Below, piece after piece: positions 28,574-36,827 of a stretch of DNA of 64,000 bases. The notes beneath the pieces are model-generated. The model worked only from the letters and a program-made list of their open reading frames with translations, made no database searches and had not been told where the DNA came from. Origin of the DNA: a virus (Duplodnaviria > Heunggongvirae > Uroviricota > Caudoviricetes). The stretch covers positions 25,164 through 89,163 of the IMG/VR virus record IMGVR_UViG_3300021976_000008; one strand, 5' to 3'. Position 1 is the first letter of the stretch. Each line of letters begins with the position of its first letter. Made by a program: the position numbers and the translations under genes.

Positions 28574-28881
28574 CAGGTGTTCTCCTTCAGGTTGTCGTAG
28601 CCAATTCGGACAGCGTGCTTGCCCCACTGCTCATCGAGCAGTATCAACAAGCTGCGGCCAGTCTCGGTCAGGTGGCTCACGTGCTCACCCTCACCGATCT
28701 GGACCTTCTCGACGCATCCCCAGCGACGCAAGGTCGCCAGGCACGTGCGCATGCCCCTGGCCTCCGAAAAGGGGGTCGTGGGGCCGGAGAGTTTCAGATC
28801 GAGGGATAGGCACGTGAGCACCTTGTGATGACCGCTGAGCGACCGAGCTGCCATCTGCTTGAGCGTCGGGGCTGCTGCCAT
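28573..28881 (-). CDS. winged-helix transcriptional regulator (102 aa), first gene of the integrase operon
   Basis: LATLRRWGCVEKVQIGEGEHVSHLTETGRSLL wHTH pattern. Confidence 0.5.
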   Translation of the reverse strand: MAAAPTLKQMAARSLSGHHKVLTCLSLDLKLSGPTTPFSEARGMRTCLATLRRWGCVEKVQIGEGEHVSHLTETGRSLLILLDEQWGKHAVRIGYDNLKENT

Positions 28882-28898
28882 AACCGCAGCGTACAGCT

Positions 28899-28948
28899 AG
28901 TTGTACCAAGTTGACATCCCCCAACGGCAGCGAGAACTTGGTACAACT
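28899..28948. promoter_or_regulatory. 50-bp element with perfect 14-bp terminal inverted repeats (AGTTGTACCAAGTT-22 bp-AACTTGGTACAACT): candidate serine-integrase attP or operator
   Basis: Read directly from sequence; 18 bp upstream of the int-operon start; contains TTGACA. Confidence 0.4.
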
Positions 28949-28987
28949 ACTCTGACCAGGAGGTTCAGGGGAAACGGGTGACGGATG

Positions 28988-29305
28988 TCATGATCGTGAG
29001 GGCCGTCGTCGTTCCTGCAAGTCAGTCTCATCGTCGCTGTCGCCAGGAACCAGTCCTATCGCCACCCACACCTTGCGAGCGCAGGATTGGCACACGACGA
29101 CCATCTCCGGATCAGCGGCCATCTCACGAACGAGTTCGTCGTCCTCGACCTCGGCGCCACACTGGTGGCAGGCGAAGTCACTCACGAGAACCTCCGACGG
29201 CTGGCCCGGCTCGCCGCACCAGTGACACGCCGACTCGGGCCAGTGAGCGCAGTGGTCGCAAGGGGGGATGGCCAAGCGGCCCGGCTCTACGACGGTCACA
29301 CTCAT
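28988..29305 (-). CDS. zinc-finger protein (106 aa, three CxxC pairs, acidic tail)
   Basis: CDHCAHW..CHWCGE..CHQCGA..CQSCA. Confidence 0.45.
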   Translation of the reverse strand: MSVTVVEPGRLAIPPCDHCAHWPESACHWCGEPGQPSEVLVSDFACHQCGAEVEDDELVREMAADPEMVVVCQSCARKVWVAIGLVPGDSDDETDLQERRRPSRS

Positions 29306-29334
29306 GAGCGTACTACTTGTCCGGGAACGAGGGC

Positions 29335-29359
29335 GGCCCCCGGCCGAGAGCCGGGGGCC
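29335..29359. terminator. GC-rich stem-loop GGCCCCCGGC-CGAGA-GCCGGGGGCC (no U-tract)
   Basis: Perfect 10-bp stem between convergent/tandem leftward units. Confidence 0.4.
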
Positions 29360-29571
29360 GCAGCGTGAGTCACGCAGAGCGCGACCGCACATGTTTGGCG
29401 GGAGAGACACTACTCGAAGGGTCGCCCGTCAACAAACATGCGAGCATCGGAGCTGGCTACTGATTCATGGGTTCTGATGGCGGACCGGCCGAGGATCTCC
29501 CTCGGCACCACAACACCAGCTCCGACGCTGGCAATGATCCTAGTCGTCCTCGATGTCGCGGGGAGCCGCAT

Positions 29572-29847
29572 TCAGCTCGACCACTGCTGCTTGACGGATG
29601 CGACGAGAGCGAACACTTCGGCGATGCGGCGGACCCGACGAATGGCAGAGTGATAGGTGAATGCACTGCCACGCGCGTCGAAGGGTCCCACAGCGACGCG
29701 ATAGTGGTACCGGAGCCTCTTGTGGGTGATCGTCATGATGAGTGGATAGCGGATCGCATTCGACTCATCGAAGACCTCGGTCTGGCTACTCACTCGCCTG
29801 CCTCCGTCGAGAGAATGGGTCATTCCGCAGGATTGGGACGACGACAA
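29572..29847 (-). CDS. hypothetical protein (91 aa), weak
   Basis: ORF at the end of the leftward island; composition only moderately protein-like. Confidence 0.3.
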   Translation of the reverse strand: MSSSQSCGMTHSLDGGRRVSSQTEVFDESNAIRYPLIMTITHKRLRYHYRVAVGPFDARGSAFTYHSAIRRVRRIAEVFALVASVKQQWSS

Positions 29848-29892
29848 CCACGCCCGCTACACCGAGGCCCATCGAGGCGAGGAGGAGGGCGA

Positions 29893-30513
29893 TCATGCGA
29901 TGACCGGATATCTCTGCTTGAAGAACTCCTCGACTTCACCTCGACGCCAAGCCGGACCCATGGCCAGGACAAGGGCCGGCTCAGGGAAGCCAGACTCCTT
30001 GGAAAGCTGGTTCGCTCGCTGCCTGCTGAACCCACGCATCTCACCGATCTCCGCGAGGCCGACGAAATCCGGGATCTCGATGCCCTCCCGGCGGTAGCCG
30101 GCCAGCTCGAACTCGGCCTCAACCTCCACGCTGTCGGGTAGCGCTGACAGCTCATCCAGGTCTTGCTCGTAGAGCCAGATCAGGAAGGGCTCGAACAGCG
30201 GACACACCCAGATGCGGTGCTTGCTGAGGTCGTGGCTAGCATCACCGCCCGGAAAGAAGGCGGCGCCTTCCTGGGTCTGAAGGTCGAACACGATGATGTG
30301 ATTCAAGCCCCAGCCGATCTGCGCCAGCAGAGAGCGATCGGCGATGTGCTCGGGTTCCCAGCCAAGCATCGCCAGTATCTCCGGAGCGGCCTCTACCTCA
30401 CACCCCGGAGTCGCGGCCGATCGCTTCCACTCGACGTCGGGGTGCATCACCATGAACTTGCCCCAGTTCTGAGGGACACCCGGTTGCACGGCCTCAATGA
30501 TCTTGGTTTGCAT
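29893..30513 (-). CDS. protein with C-terminal AlpA/excisionase-type HTH_17 domain (206 aa)
   Basis: C-terminus LAEIGEMRGFSRQRANQLSKESGFPEPALVL..WRRGEVEEF resembles HTH_17. Confidence 0.5.
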   Translation of the reverse strand: MQTKIIEAVQPGVPQNWGKFMVMHPDVEWKRSAATPGCEVEAAPEILAMLGWEPEHIADRSLLAQIGWGLNHIIVFDLQTQEGAAFFPGGDASHDLSKHRIWVCPLFEPFLIWLYEQDLDELSALPDSVEVEAEFELAGYRREGIEIPDFVGLAEIGEMRGFSRQRANQLSKESGFPEPALVLAMGPAWRRGEVEEFFKQRYPVIA

Positions 30514-30522
30514 CAGAGCCTC

Positions 30523-31116
30523 CTAGAAAACGATGCCGGGCCGGACGTGTGTCCCACCCATGGACGAGACCATGAGCAAGGTGTCGGCCATGTACCGCAG
30601 ACCCTCGGGGATGGCTCCTTCAAGCGTCGCCTCGCGCTCGTTGTCGGGGAGCGCAATGATCTCGTTCTGTCGGCGAAATCGGATGACAGAGTAGACCGTC
30701 GATCCGGCCATGAGAGTCCCGAGCACGATGCGGTTCTCGCGCCGATTGACGTGTTGGTGGATGCGGCGCTCCCGAGCGACCCGCTCGACGTCTTCTGCCT
30801 CATCGGTGCCAAGCGCCCAACCCTCACAGACGACGCCCACTCCGATCATGTCAGGACGTATCAGCTTGGACGTCATGCCCTGATGCTGTGAGATCAGGTC
30901 AGCGCTGCGATGCAGGAACCCGCCCAACGTGCGATTCATGCCCCAGACCCATGGCTCAAGCCTGACATCGTTGGCGGTCACCCCGTCTCTGCCCTTGTTG
31001 TAGAGGAGGTACAGGTACGGCGTGGCTTGGCCCGAAGGACGCCATCCGTCGACCCCGTTGTGGTGTGCCTCTAGCTCTAGCAAGCACGCCTGTAAGCGCT
31101 CGACCAGCTTGCCCAC
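30523..31116 (-). CDS. hypothetical protein (198 aa)
   Basis: GTG start 10 nt after AAGAGGGG RBS; upstream part of the long ORF is Arg-rich artefact. Confidence 0.45.
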   Translation of the reverse strand: MGKLVERLQACLLELEAHHNGVDGWRPSGQATPYLYLLYNKGRDGVTANDVRLEPWVWGMNRTLGGFLHRSADLISQHQGMTSKLIRPDMIGVGVVCEGWALGTDEAEDVERVARERRIHQHVNRRENRIVLGTLMAGSTVYSVIRFRRQNEIIALPDNEREATLEGAIPEGLRYMADTLLMVSSMGGTHVRPGIVF

Positions 31117-31391
31117 TACGGATCTACCCCTCTTATCCGGCGGATAATATGGCGGAGGTAGAAGAGCCCCCCGACACCCGCTGCCGCGTCCACGGCAGCC
31201 CAGAACCAGTTGCCGAGGGCAAGGTTGAGGAGCACAATCGCCGTAAAGGGGAGAGTGGCGGCGAGGTACGGATACCTCTGCACGAGCTTCAACAAGGGGT
31301 CGCCTCCCGGAAGCGAGCCCCCACGTTTCCGTGGGGTGCAGTGGGCCTGACTCTCGGGAACGGAAGGCGACCCCTTGCAGGATGTTAGCAC
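31116..31391 (-). CDS. small membrane protein (91 aa)
   Basis: TM segment LAATLPFTAIVLLNLALGNWFWAAV. Confidence 0.4.
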   Translation of the reverse strand: MLTSCKGSPSVPESQAHCTPRKRGGSLPGGDPLLKLVQRYPYLAATLPFTAIVLLNLALGNWFWAAVDAAAGVGGLFYLRHIIRRIRGVDP

Positions 31392-31394
31392 GGC

Positions 31395-31595
31395 CTAGCA
31401 GGTTGGAGGATCGAACTGCCCAGAGGTGGCCTCGGCCAGGAACGCCTTCCACGCGGCGGTTGTGAAGTGGAGGACCAGGCCATCCGGTGCTGTCGAGCTG
31501 CGCACCATGACTCCTTCCGGAGTCACGCACACTTCGACACAGGCAGCATCTTCGCACGCGAAGCTTCGTTGCCAGAGCAGTGCCTTTTCCGTCAT
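31395..31595 (-). CDS. DUF397 domain protein (66 aa)
   Basis: WQRSFACEDAACVEVCV..VMVRSS..GLVLHFT..AWKAFL matches DUF397 pattern (WRKSSYS..CVEVA..VRDSK). Confidence 0.7.
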   Translation of the reverse strand: MTEKALLWQRSFACEDAACVEVCVTPEGVMVRSSTAPDGLVLHFTTAAWKAFLAEATSGQFDPPTC

Positions 31596-32692
31596 CGCTC
31601 GATCCCTGCCTTGACGTGCTCACCGTTCCCGTTCTTCTTCTCGAACACCTCTTCGTCCATCGCCGCGAAACCAGGTGCCGTGGGGACTTGACGATCATGG
31701 CGGCGACCACGTCGCCGGAGAACCTTCTTGCGAAGCACCTTCCCATGTCTGTCGTATAGTGCCGGGAAGTCCTCTGCCGCGTAGCCCGCGCCACGCCAAC
31801 TCAAAGCGCCGTTGATCTCATCACCCATCACCCACGCGTTCCATGCCTTGACCGTGACGGCAAGACGTGTAACTTGGCTCGGATTCTCACGGTCCGAATG
31901 CTTCCGCCCAGACCACCTGCGTAGCTGATATGTACCACTGCGCTCAGTTAGATCCACCCCCCGCATCAACTCATCATGGAACTTGTCCGAAAGCTCGGGC
32001 TCATAGCTGCTGATGACGTAGTGAAAGGCAGTGGTCACCGACTCGACGAAACCTAGTGCCTTCTCGCGACGAGCTAGAGCCCGAGCGAGTCGAAGCGATG
32101 CGTGGACCTCGTCATGGTTGCCCAGCCAACGAAGCACCTGATTCGCTGTTGGAGGCGTGTTCGACATCAGAGTGCCGAGGTCCCATCGAACGAGCAGTCG
32201 TGCAGCCGGCGCCAACTTGGCTGGTTGGGCGTATTTGTGCATCGCCAGGACATGCTGAAGGCTGCGCCTTCGACCGGTATCGATGGTGTCCCACGCGTCA
32301 GGCGAGGCGTGAGTGAGAACGATTGTGCGGAACGTCTCACTCTTCTCGATGCATGCTTCCAGACGTGTTTGCCCGTCCATCAACCGACCCCAGGGTGGGA
32401 AGCGTTCATCGTCACAGAAGGAGATCGTGCTCCCGTTGACGAACCACACCCCATCCGCCATGTCCTCGCCATAGCGATCGATGTGGCCGTCGCTCTTCGG
32501 ACGGTTGCGTTCGTTGCCAGCGAGCATCTGCTTGGCGATCTCGGGGGTGATCCACATGATCCGGACCTCTTCGGTCCAGACCTCTTCCTCCGACGGCGTC
32601 TTCTCGGATCTAACTGTCGAGGCCATCTGCACCACCTTGGGGTTCGAGGACTGTGTCGCCATCGTAGCAAAACTTGGTGGGCCGAGGGGCAT
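31592..32692 (-). CDS. ParB/Srx-fold protein (ParB-like nuclease domain; DGQTRLEA motif resembling DUF262 DGQQR)
   Basis: N-terminal domain with DGQTRLEA; start may be at a downstream Met (codon 11 or 23). Confidence 0.55.
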   Translation of the reverse strand: MPLGPPSFATMATQSSNPKVVQMASTVRSEKTPSEEEVWTEEVRIMWITPEIAKQMLAGNERNRPKSDGHIDRYGEDMADGVWFVNGSTISFCDDERFPPWGRLMDGQTRLEACIEKSETFRTIVLTHASPDAWDTIDTGRRRSLQHVLAMHKYAQPAKLAPAARLLVRWDLGTLMSNTPPTANQVLRWLGNHDEVHASLRLARALARREKALGFVESVTTAFHYVISSYEPELSDKFHDELMRGVDLTERSGTYQLRRWSGRKHSDRENPSQVTRLAVTVKAWNAWVMGDEINGALSWRGAGYAAEDFPALYDRHGKVLRKKVLRRRGRRHDRQVPTAPGFAAMDEEVFEKKNGNGEHVKAGIER

Positions 32693-32721
32693 ACCCTTGC
32701 CCCCCGGCCCGGGGAAGTGTT

Positions 32722-32795
32722 TAGCGATGACGGGACTTGAACCCGCGACATCACGCGCCAGAGGCGTGCGCTCATACCAACTGAGCTACATCACA
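32722..32795 (-). tRNA. tRNA with anticodon CUG (Gln) on minus strand
   Basis: Hand-folded cloverleaf: D-arm GCTC/GAGC, anticodon stem CACGC/GCGTG loop CTCTGGC, T-arm GCGGG-TTCAAGT-CCCGT, 7-bp acceptor with one T-T mismatch at 1:72; no CCA encoded. Confidence 0.65.
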
Positions 32796-32866
32796 CTTTT
32801 GATATCGGACGTTGGCTTGCCCGTGTCTAAACCGGAAGAATCTTGCCATTAGATCATCCCGCCATG

Positions 32867-32912
32867 TGGAGGCGGGAGCGGGGATCGAACCCGCATGTCC
32901 CCGGATTGGGCT
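32867..32912 (-). pseudogene. tRNA 3'-half-like fragment (T-arm GCGGG-TTCGATC-CCCGC + acceptor strand + encoded CCA) without a matching 5' half
   Basis: Perfect T-arm and ...TCCCGCCTCCA; no GGCGGGA 5' acceptor strand within 100 nt. Confidence 0.4.
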
Positions 32913-32924
32913 CACCTGTCCGAA

Positions 32925-33000
32925 GGTTTAGCTTGAGCTTAAGCTTGGAGCGAGAGCTTCAGCTTGATTCATGAGCTTGAGCTTGAACTTGAACTTGTGC
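32925..33000. repeat. array of about 10 degenerate hexamers AAGCT(C/T)/GAGCTT including two AAGCTT palindromes
   Basis: gcttgagcttaagcttggagcgagagcttcagcttgattcatgagcttgagcttgaacttgaactt. Confidence 0.5.
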
Positions 33001-33020
33001 TCCACTCCCTCTCGGGAGAT

Positions 33021-33758
33021 CTATGGGGCGAGAAGATACTCGAACACAGGGCTGCCGACCTTGAGGTCGGTGACCGGGGTCCGGTTGGCTTCCTCTCGCG
33101 CGAACGTGACGGCGTCGATGAGAACGTCGATGCGATCGAGCAACTGCTGCCGCCGAGAACCGTCGATGGCGCCGGAGAGCTTGGTCACCGTCCAGGTCCC
33201 TTCCGGCTCGCTGACCGTGTAGACGTGGACTTTCTCAGGATGCTCCTTCGTCGCCGGGGAGATGCGGTGGTTCTTGAACACCTCGTGAGTCTTCTGCCGC
33301 TCTTCGGGTTCCGATCGGGAGACACCGGTCGTTTCATCGGTGTTCCAGATCTCAGCCGGGTCGAGGATTGGGAGGTGAACCAGGAAACCGCGCAACTCGA
33401 TGAGCTGCTTCTCGAACCACACCAGGTACGAAGCAGGGACATCCGCGAGCAGCACGTCCCCCTCGACCACGATGTTCGCCTTGGCCTCGGTGTTCGTCCT
33501 GTCGCGACTGGCCGTGATGTCCCACCAGCGACCGAGATCGGCGGCGAGGCGATCGGTGATGCCCTTCACCGTGAGCTGCACTTGGGTCGACTCCTGCGGG
33601 TACCCCTGCTCGCCGTCCACCTTGGGCGCGTACTTCCGAGCTAGCCCATTCAGTGGACCGCTCTTGTTGATGTCATCCGTCGCCTGAGCCCGAGTGCTTT
33701 CGGCCTTCGCTCGGGCTCGCCCCTCGACCCCGAGGAGCTGGTTAAGTAGTGTCGGCAT
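33021..33758 (-). CDS. hypothetical protein (245 aa)
   Basis: Long protein-like ORF; no recognisable motif. Confidence 0.5.
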   Translation of the reverse strand: MPTLLNQLLGVEGRARAKAESTRAQATDDINKSGPLNGLARKYAPKVDGEQGYPQESTQVQLTVKGITDRLAADLGRWWDITASRDRTNTEAKANIVVEGDVLLADVPASYLVWFEKQLIELRGFLVHLPILDPAEIWNTDETTGVSRSEPEERQKTHEVFKNHRISPATKEHPEKVHVYTVSEPEGTWTVTKLSGAIDGSRRQQLLDRIDVLIDAVTFAREEANRTPVTDLKVGSPVFEYLLAP

Positions 33759-33969
33759 GGCTCGATACCGTACCGAACGGTTGGTCGTCGGGGCAAGGGG
33801 TTTCTAGCCGGGCGTGAACAGCCTTCCGCGCCTCGGCTTGAACAGTTGAGGTGACCGGCCCGCAGAACCAGCACGTGCAGCCTTCCCTCGTGCACGGGAA
33901 GTTCGCTATCACTCCGTTTCCGAGGTCGTAGTGACCCTTGCGGCAGTCGGCGCAGCGTCCGTCGGTCAC
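33742..33969 (-). CDS. Cys-rich protein (75 aa)
   Basis: CADC..C..C.C.FC cysteine cluster. Confidence 0.35.
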   Translation of the reverse strand: MTDGRCADCRKGHYDLGNGVIANFPCTREGCTCWFCGPVTSTVQAEARKAVHARLETPCPDDQPFGTVSSHADTT

Positions 33970-35084
33970 GGCCCGATGAGACTCAGCGTGGACACGATGT
34001 GTTCCCGCAGGTCGTCCGCCTCGGGTCCTCTGAACCTGGCCGGGTCGAGGATGTTGTGCATGCGAGTGATGCGGTCAACGACTCGACGAGACATCATCCC
34101 GTTGCGCTCCACGCGCGACAGCATGTCGTGGCCGAGGGTGTAACCCCTTTCGATCTCGACCCCGCCGTCTGTCAGGTGGAGCCAAACGAGCGAACCGCAG
34201 ACGAGAATCCCGCTTCGCTCGTTTGCGTCTGCCGTGCCGGTGAGCGCCTGCTCGTAGAGCCCGATGGCGGCTGAGCGGTGTCGGTAGCCATGGCCCACCA
34301 GGGCTCGTAGCGCGGCGCCCGTGTCGCCCTGGTGGTGGGCGACGTCGTAGTGGCTGATCCACGGTCGGTCGGCCGCGTCATCGGGGCTGCTCTTGGAGTA
34401 CATGAATTTGTCAGCTTCGCCGATCTCTGTGAGCGTGGCTTGCTCGTCGCCGAGCTTGCCGTACGCACGAGCCCGTAGGGCGTGCAGCATGGCTAGGTCC
34501 GTACCCGACAGCTCCTTACGTCGGTCACCCTCGATCGCATGCGAGAGGTCGGCGAGGGCCTTGTCGGGCTGGCCGATCGCCAAGTGCTGACGCGACTGCT
34601 GGCCGAATATGCGCGCGGCCAAAGGCCAGTTGTTCGCTGACTTGACCGTCTCAATTGCCAGCCACCACAAGCGGTAGGCCTCCAAGTGTTCGCCGACGTC
34701 GTGACGAGCGAACGCCGCGTTGTTGAACACCCACGCTGCTGCTGCTGCTCGCTCGCCGAACAAGTTCGGCTTGCTGGACGGTCGACAGGGTGCTTCGAGG
34801 ACCATCTTGGCCTGCTTGACCTGCGCATCCGCTTGCCGCAGGGCGTAGCCCCCTCCGTTGCGCATGTCTGCCCGCTTGAGACGCATTGCTGCGCCTCGGA
34901 GCCCTTCGACTTCCGCCCAGCCCACCGAGGTGGGCGGTTCCGTGAGCAACATCTGTCTGCCTCCCATTCCAAGGAAGAGCGCAGCGGCGGTCCCACCCAC
35001 GACGAAGGTTCGACGTTCCATGCCGTCTATGGTAACCCCTGCACTGCTCCGTGTTGATCGGTCAACCCTCCACGACACCCTCAA
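33966..35084 (-). CDS. hypothetical protein (372 aa; alternative start at codon 22 gives a twin-arginine-like N-terminus MERRTFVVGG)
   Basis: Long ORF with helical repeat-like composition. Confidence 0.45.
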   Translation of the reverse strand: MRVSWRVDRSTRSSAGVTIDGMERRTFVVGGTAAALFLGMGGRQMLLTEPPTSVGWAEVEGLRGAAMRLKRADMRNGGGYALRQADAQVKQAKMVLEAPCRPSSKPNLFGERAAAAAWVFNNAAFARHDVGEHLEAYRLWWLAIETVKSANNWPLAARIFGQQSRQHLAIGQPDKALADLSHAIEGDRRKELSGTDLAMLHALRARAYGKLGDEQATLTEIGEADKFMYSKSSPDDAADRPWISHYDVAHHQGDTGAALRALVGHGYRHRSAAIGLYEQALTGTADANERSGILVCGSLVWLHLTDGGVEIERGYTLGHDMLSRVERNGMMSRRVVDRITRMHNILDPARFRGPEADDLREHIVSTLSLIGP

Positions 35085-35418
35085 CCGTCGCTCCGGTTGC
35101 GCACTCGATCAGCTCGATCAGGGCTCCGATGTCAGCGGAGTCACGGAACCGAGCCACCAGGTCTGATCGTTCCTCGACCCGTTGAACGACATCGAATCGG
35201 GTCGAGAGCTTCCAGGCGACGGGCAGCGGCTCGCCGCCGGTGATGCCGGCGTCGAGCACTCGGAGGTGTCCGACGAGATCGTCGAGCATCCGGAAGCAGT
35301 CGAGGGGCGGGTCGAACCAAGGCCCAGCCGCGTCGTACTGGGCGATGAGCTGGCGCAAGCGCTTCAGGCGCTCATCGAGCGTCAGTAACACTTCGCTAGA
35401 CCTCTTCAAGGTAGCCAT
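35062..35418 (-). CDS. hypothetical protein (118 aa)
   Basis: ORF in the leftward island; helical composition. Confidence 0.45.
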   Translation of the reverse strand: MATLKRSSEVLLTLDERLKRLRQLIAQYDAAGPWFDPPLDCFRMLDDLVGHLRVLDAGITGGEPLPVAWKLSTRFDVVQRVEERSDLVARFRDSADIGALIELIECATGATVEGVVEG

Positions 35419-35642
35419 TCAGAAACCTGTCTCTTGCGGCGACGATCGATGAACCACAGCCCGAGCAGCAGACAGGCGCCATGAGAGACCGCCAACCCGG
35501 CGATGAGCGGCCAGGCGCTCCATAGCAGCCAGTAGCTGTACAGCACCGCCCAAGCCGGAACAGGCAGAGCAGCGATCACGAGCACCCTCGTTGCCCTCGG
35601 TGGAGGCCGGCGAAGCGCGGTCACGAGTGTGCCCAGTCCCAC
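35406..35642 (-). CDS. membrane protein (78 aa, two TM helices)
   Basis: VLVIAALPVPAWAVLYSYWLLWSAWPLIAGLAV. Confidence 0.4.
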   Translation of the reverse strand: MGLGTLVTALRRPPPRATRVLVIAALPVPAWAVLYSYWLLWSAWPLIAGLAVSHGACLLLGLWFIDRRRKRQVSEWLP

Positions 35643-35953
35643 ACAGCAAGGGCATCTTCGCGGTCAGTGCGGCCCGCGGCCTTCTGTAGCTCGTTGCAGT
35701 GGCCGATGTACTCACATCGACCTTCGACGTGATCGAGCCCTCCCAGGATCATCCGTAGCTGGCACTCTCGGTGGATCGGCAACTGCTCGGGAGCCAGGCT
35801 CTTGAACGCTGTCTGTATGAACCCGCGGTCGGCCTCAGCGATCTCCTCGCGGCAGTACAGGCAAGGCTCGCCGACGGGCGTAGGCACCTGTCGAACGTCG
35901 CCGTCATCGAAGATGGCGGCGTCCCAGCGCTCACCGAAGTACATGACCGTCAT
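35621..35953 (-). CDS. Cys/His-rich zinc-binding protein (110 aa)
   Basis: CLYC..HREC..C..C; start at internal Met MTVMYFGERW. Confidence 0.45.
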   Translation of the reverse strand: MTVMYFGERWDAAIFDDGDVRQVPTPVGEPCLYCREEIAEADRGFIQTAFKSLAPEQLPIHRECQLRMILGGLDHVEGRCEYIGHCNELQKAAGRTDREDALAVWDWAHS

Positions 35954-36122
35954 GACGATCCACACCGGGCGGGGCGGACCCCTCGCGCCCCACCCGGTGC
36001 CTGCGAGTGCTCCCGGGAGGCAGACCCTCCTCCACATACGGCCACGCGAAGCGGTCTAGGTCCAACGTGGCCGCGCGTGGGGAGAATGGGATAACGTCCG
36101 CTCCCCCGGGAGCGCAGGGACC

Positions 36123-36827
36123 CTAACACGGGACTAGGCCCGGTGTGCGTTGCTGGTACAGGAACTGCGCATAGGCGGTTTGACCAGCGAGAGTTTGATG
36201 GACCGGGTCGATGTACCACTCCGGATGACCCGTCGAGCAGGCTTGGAAGTCAGCGACCCGCAGCGCTCGCCAGGTGGGGTCGGCGGAAGCGTCGACCTGT
36301 CGCAGCCAGGCGTTCCACTGCTGGGTCTTGGTCAGACGAGCCCCGGTGAGTGCAGTCGTCGAGAGGTTCGGCACCACGACGGCGCTTGCTCTGGCGTTCG
36401 TCGTCTTGATCACCGCGTCGGCCAGTTGGAGCTTCGTAATGTCGAGGTTGGCGTCGAGGGTGATGTCGTTCGAGCCGAGAGCTATGACCACAACCGCCCC
36501 TGACTGGGATGGAGCATTGCCCACGAGGCTGTACTTCTGCACCCAAGAGGGGCTCTCGAACTGAGTCCCGCCGAAGCAGTTCAGCGACGTCCGCCAGGCG
36601 GGGTCAGCTACGTAGAAGACCGTCAGTCTGCTGGAAGCATCCCAGCAGAGCGAGTCGCCGAAATACACGGCGATGTTCGAGCCGACGTCGCCCGGTACCG
36701 GCGTGTTGACCGGAGTCCCGTCGGCGGGGAGGCAACCCACGATCAGCACCGTCAGAGCAGCGGCTGCGAGGGCAACCTTCAATCGACCTATCACTATCCA
36801 CCCACCATCCAGTTGTTCGCGTCGCAA
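36123..36827 (-). CDS. secreted SGNH/GDSL hydrolase lipoprotein
   Basis: Lipobox LIVGC; GDSL block VYFGDSL, GSND block, DPVH catalytic His block. Confidence 0.65.
   Translation of the reverse strand: MRREQLDGGWIVIGRLKVALAAAALTVLIVGCLPADGTPVNTPVPGDVGSNIAVYFGDSLCWDASSRLTVFYVADPAWRTSLNCFGGTQFESPSWVQKYSLVGNAPSQSGAVVVIALGSNDITLDANLDITKLQLADAVIKTTNARASAVVVPNLSTTALTGARLTKTQQWNAWLRQVDASADPTWRALRVADFQACSTGHPEWYIDPVHQTLAGQTAYAQFLYQQRTPGLVPC

Noticed and set aside
29789-29895. 35-aa hydrophobic peptide ORF (MIALLLASMGLGVAGVVVVVPIL...) on the minus strand
   Set aside because: It overlaps both neighbouring ORFs with no RBS; it is possible but unsupported, so it is not listed as a feature.
29467-30141. 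224-aa plus-strand ORF (Arg/Pro/Gly-rich)
   Set aside because: Composition is typical of an out-of-frame or antisense read-through in high-GC DNA. It overlaps better-formed minus-strand genes (29893-30513 and 29572-29847).
30163-30891. 242-aa plus-strand ORF
   Set aside because: Antisense to the protein-like minus-strand gene 30523-31116; amino-acid composition dominated by L/R/D/H with no motifs.
32867-32960. A second complete tRNA or a tmRNA
   Set aside because: Only the T-arm, the 3' acceptor strand and CCA are present. No complementary 5' acceptor strand or D-arm was found within 100 nt, and the region where a tmRNA body would lie (about 350 nt upstream) is protein-coding.
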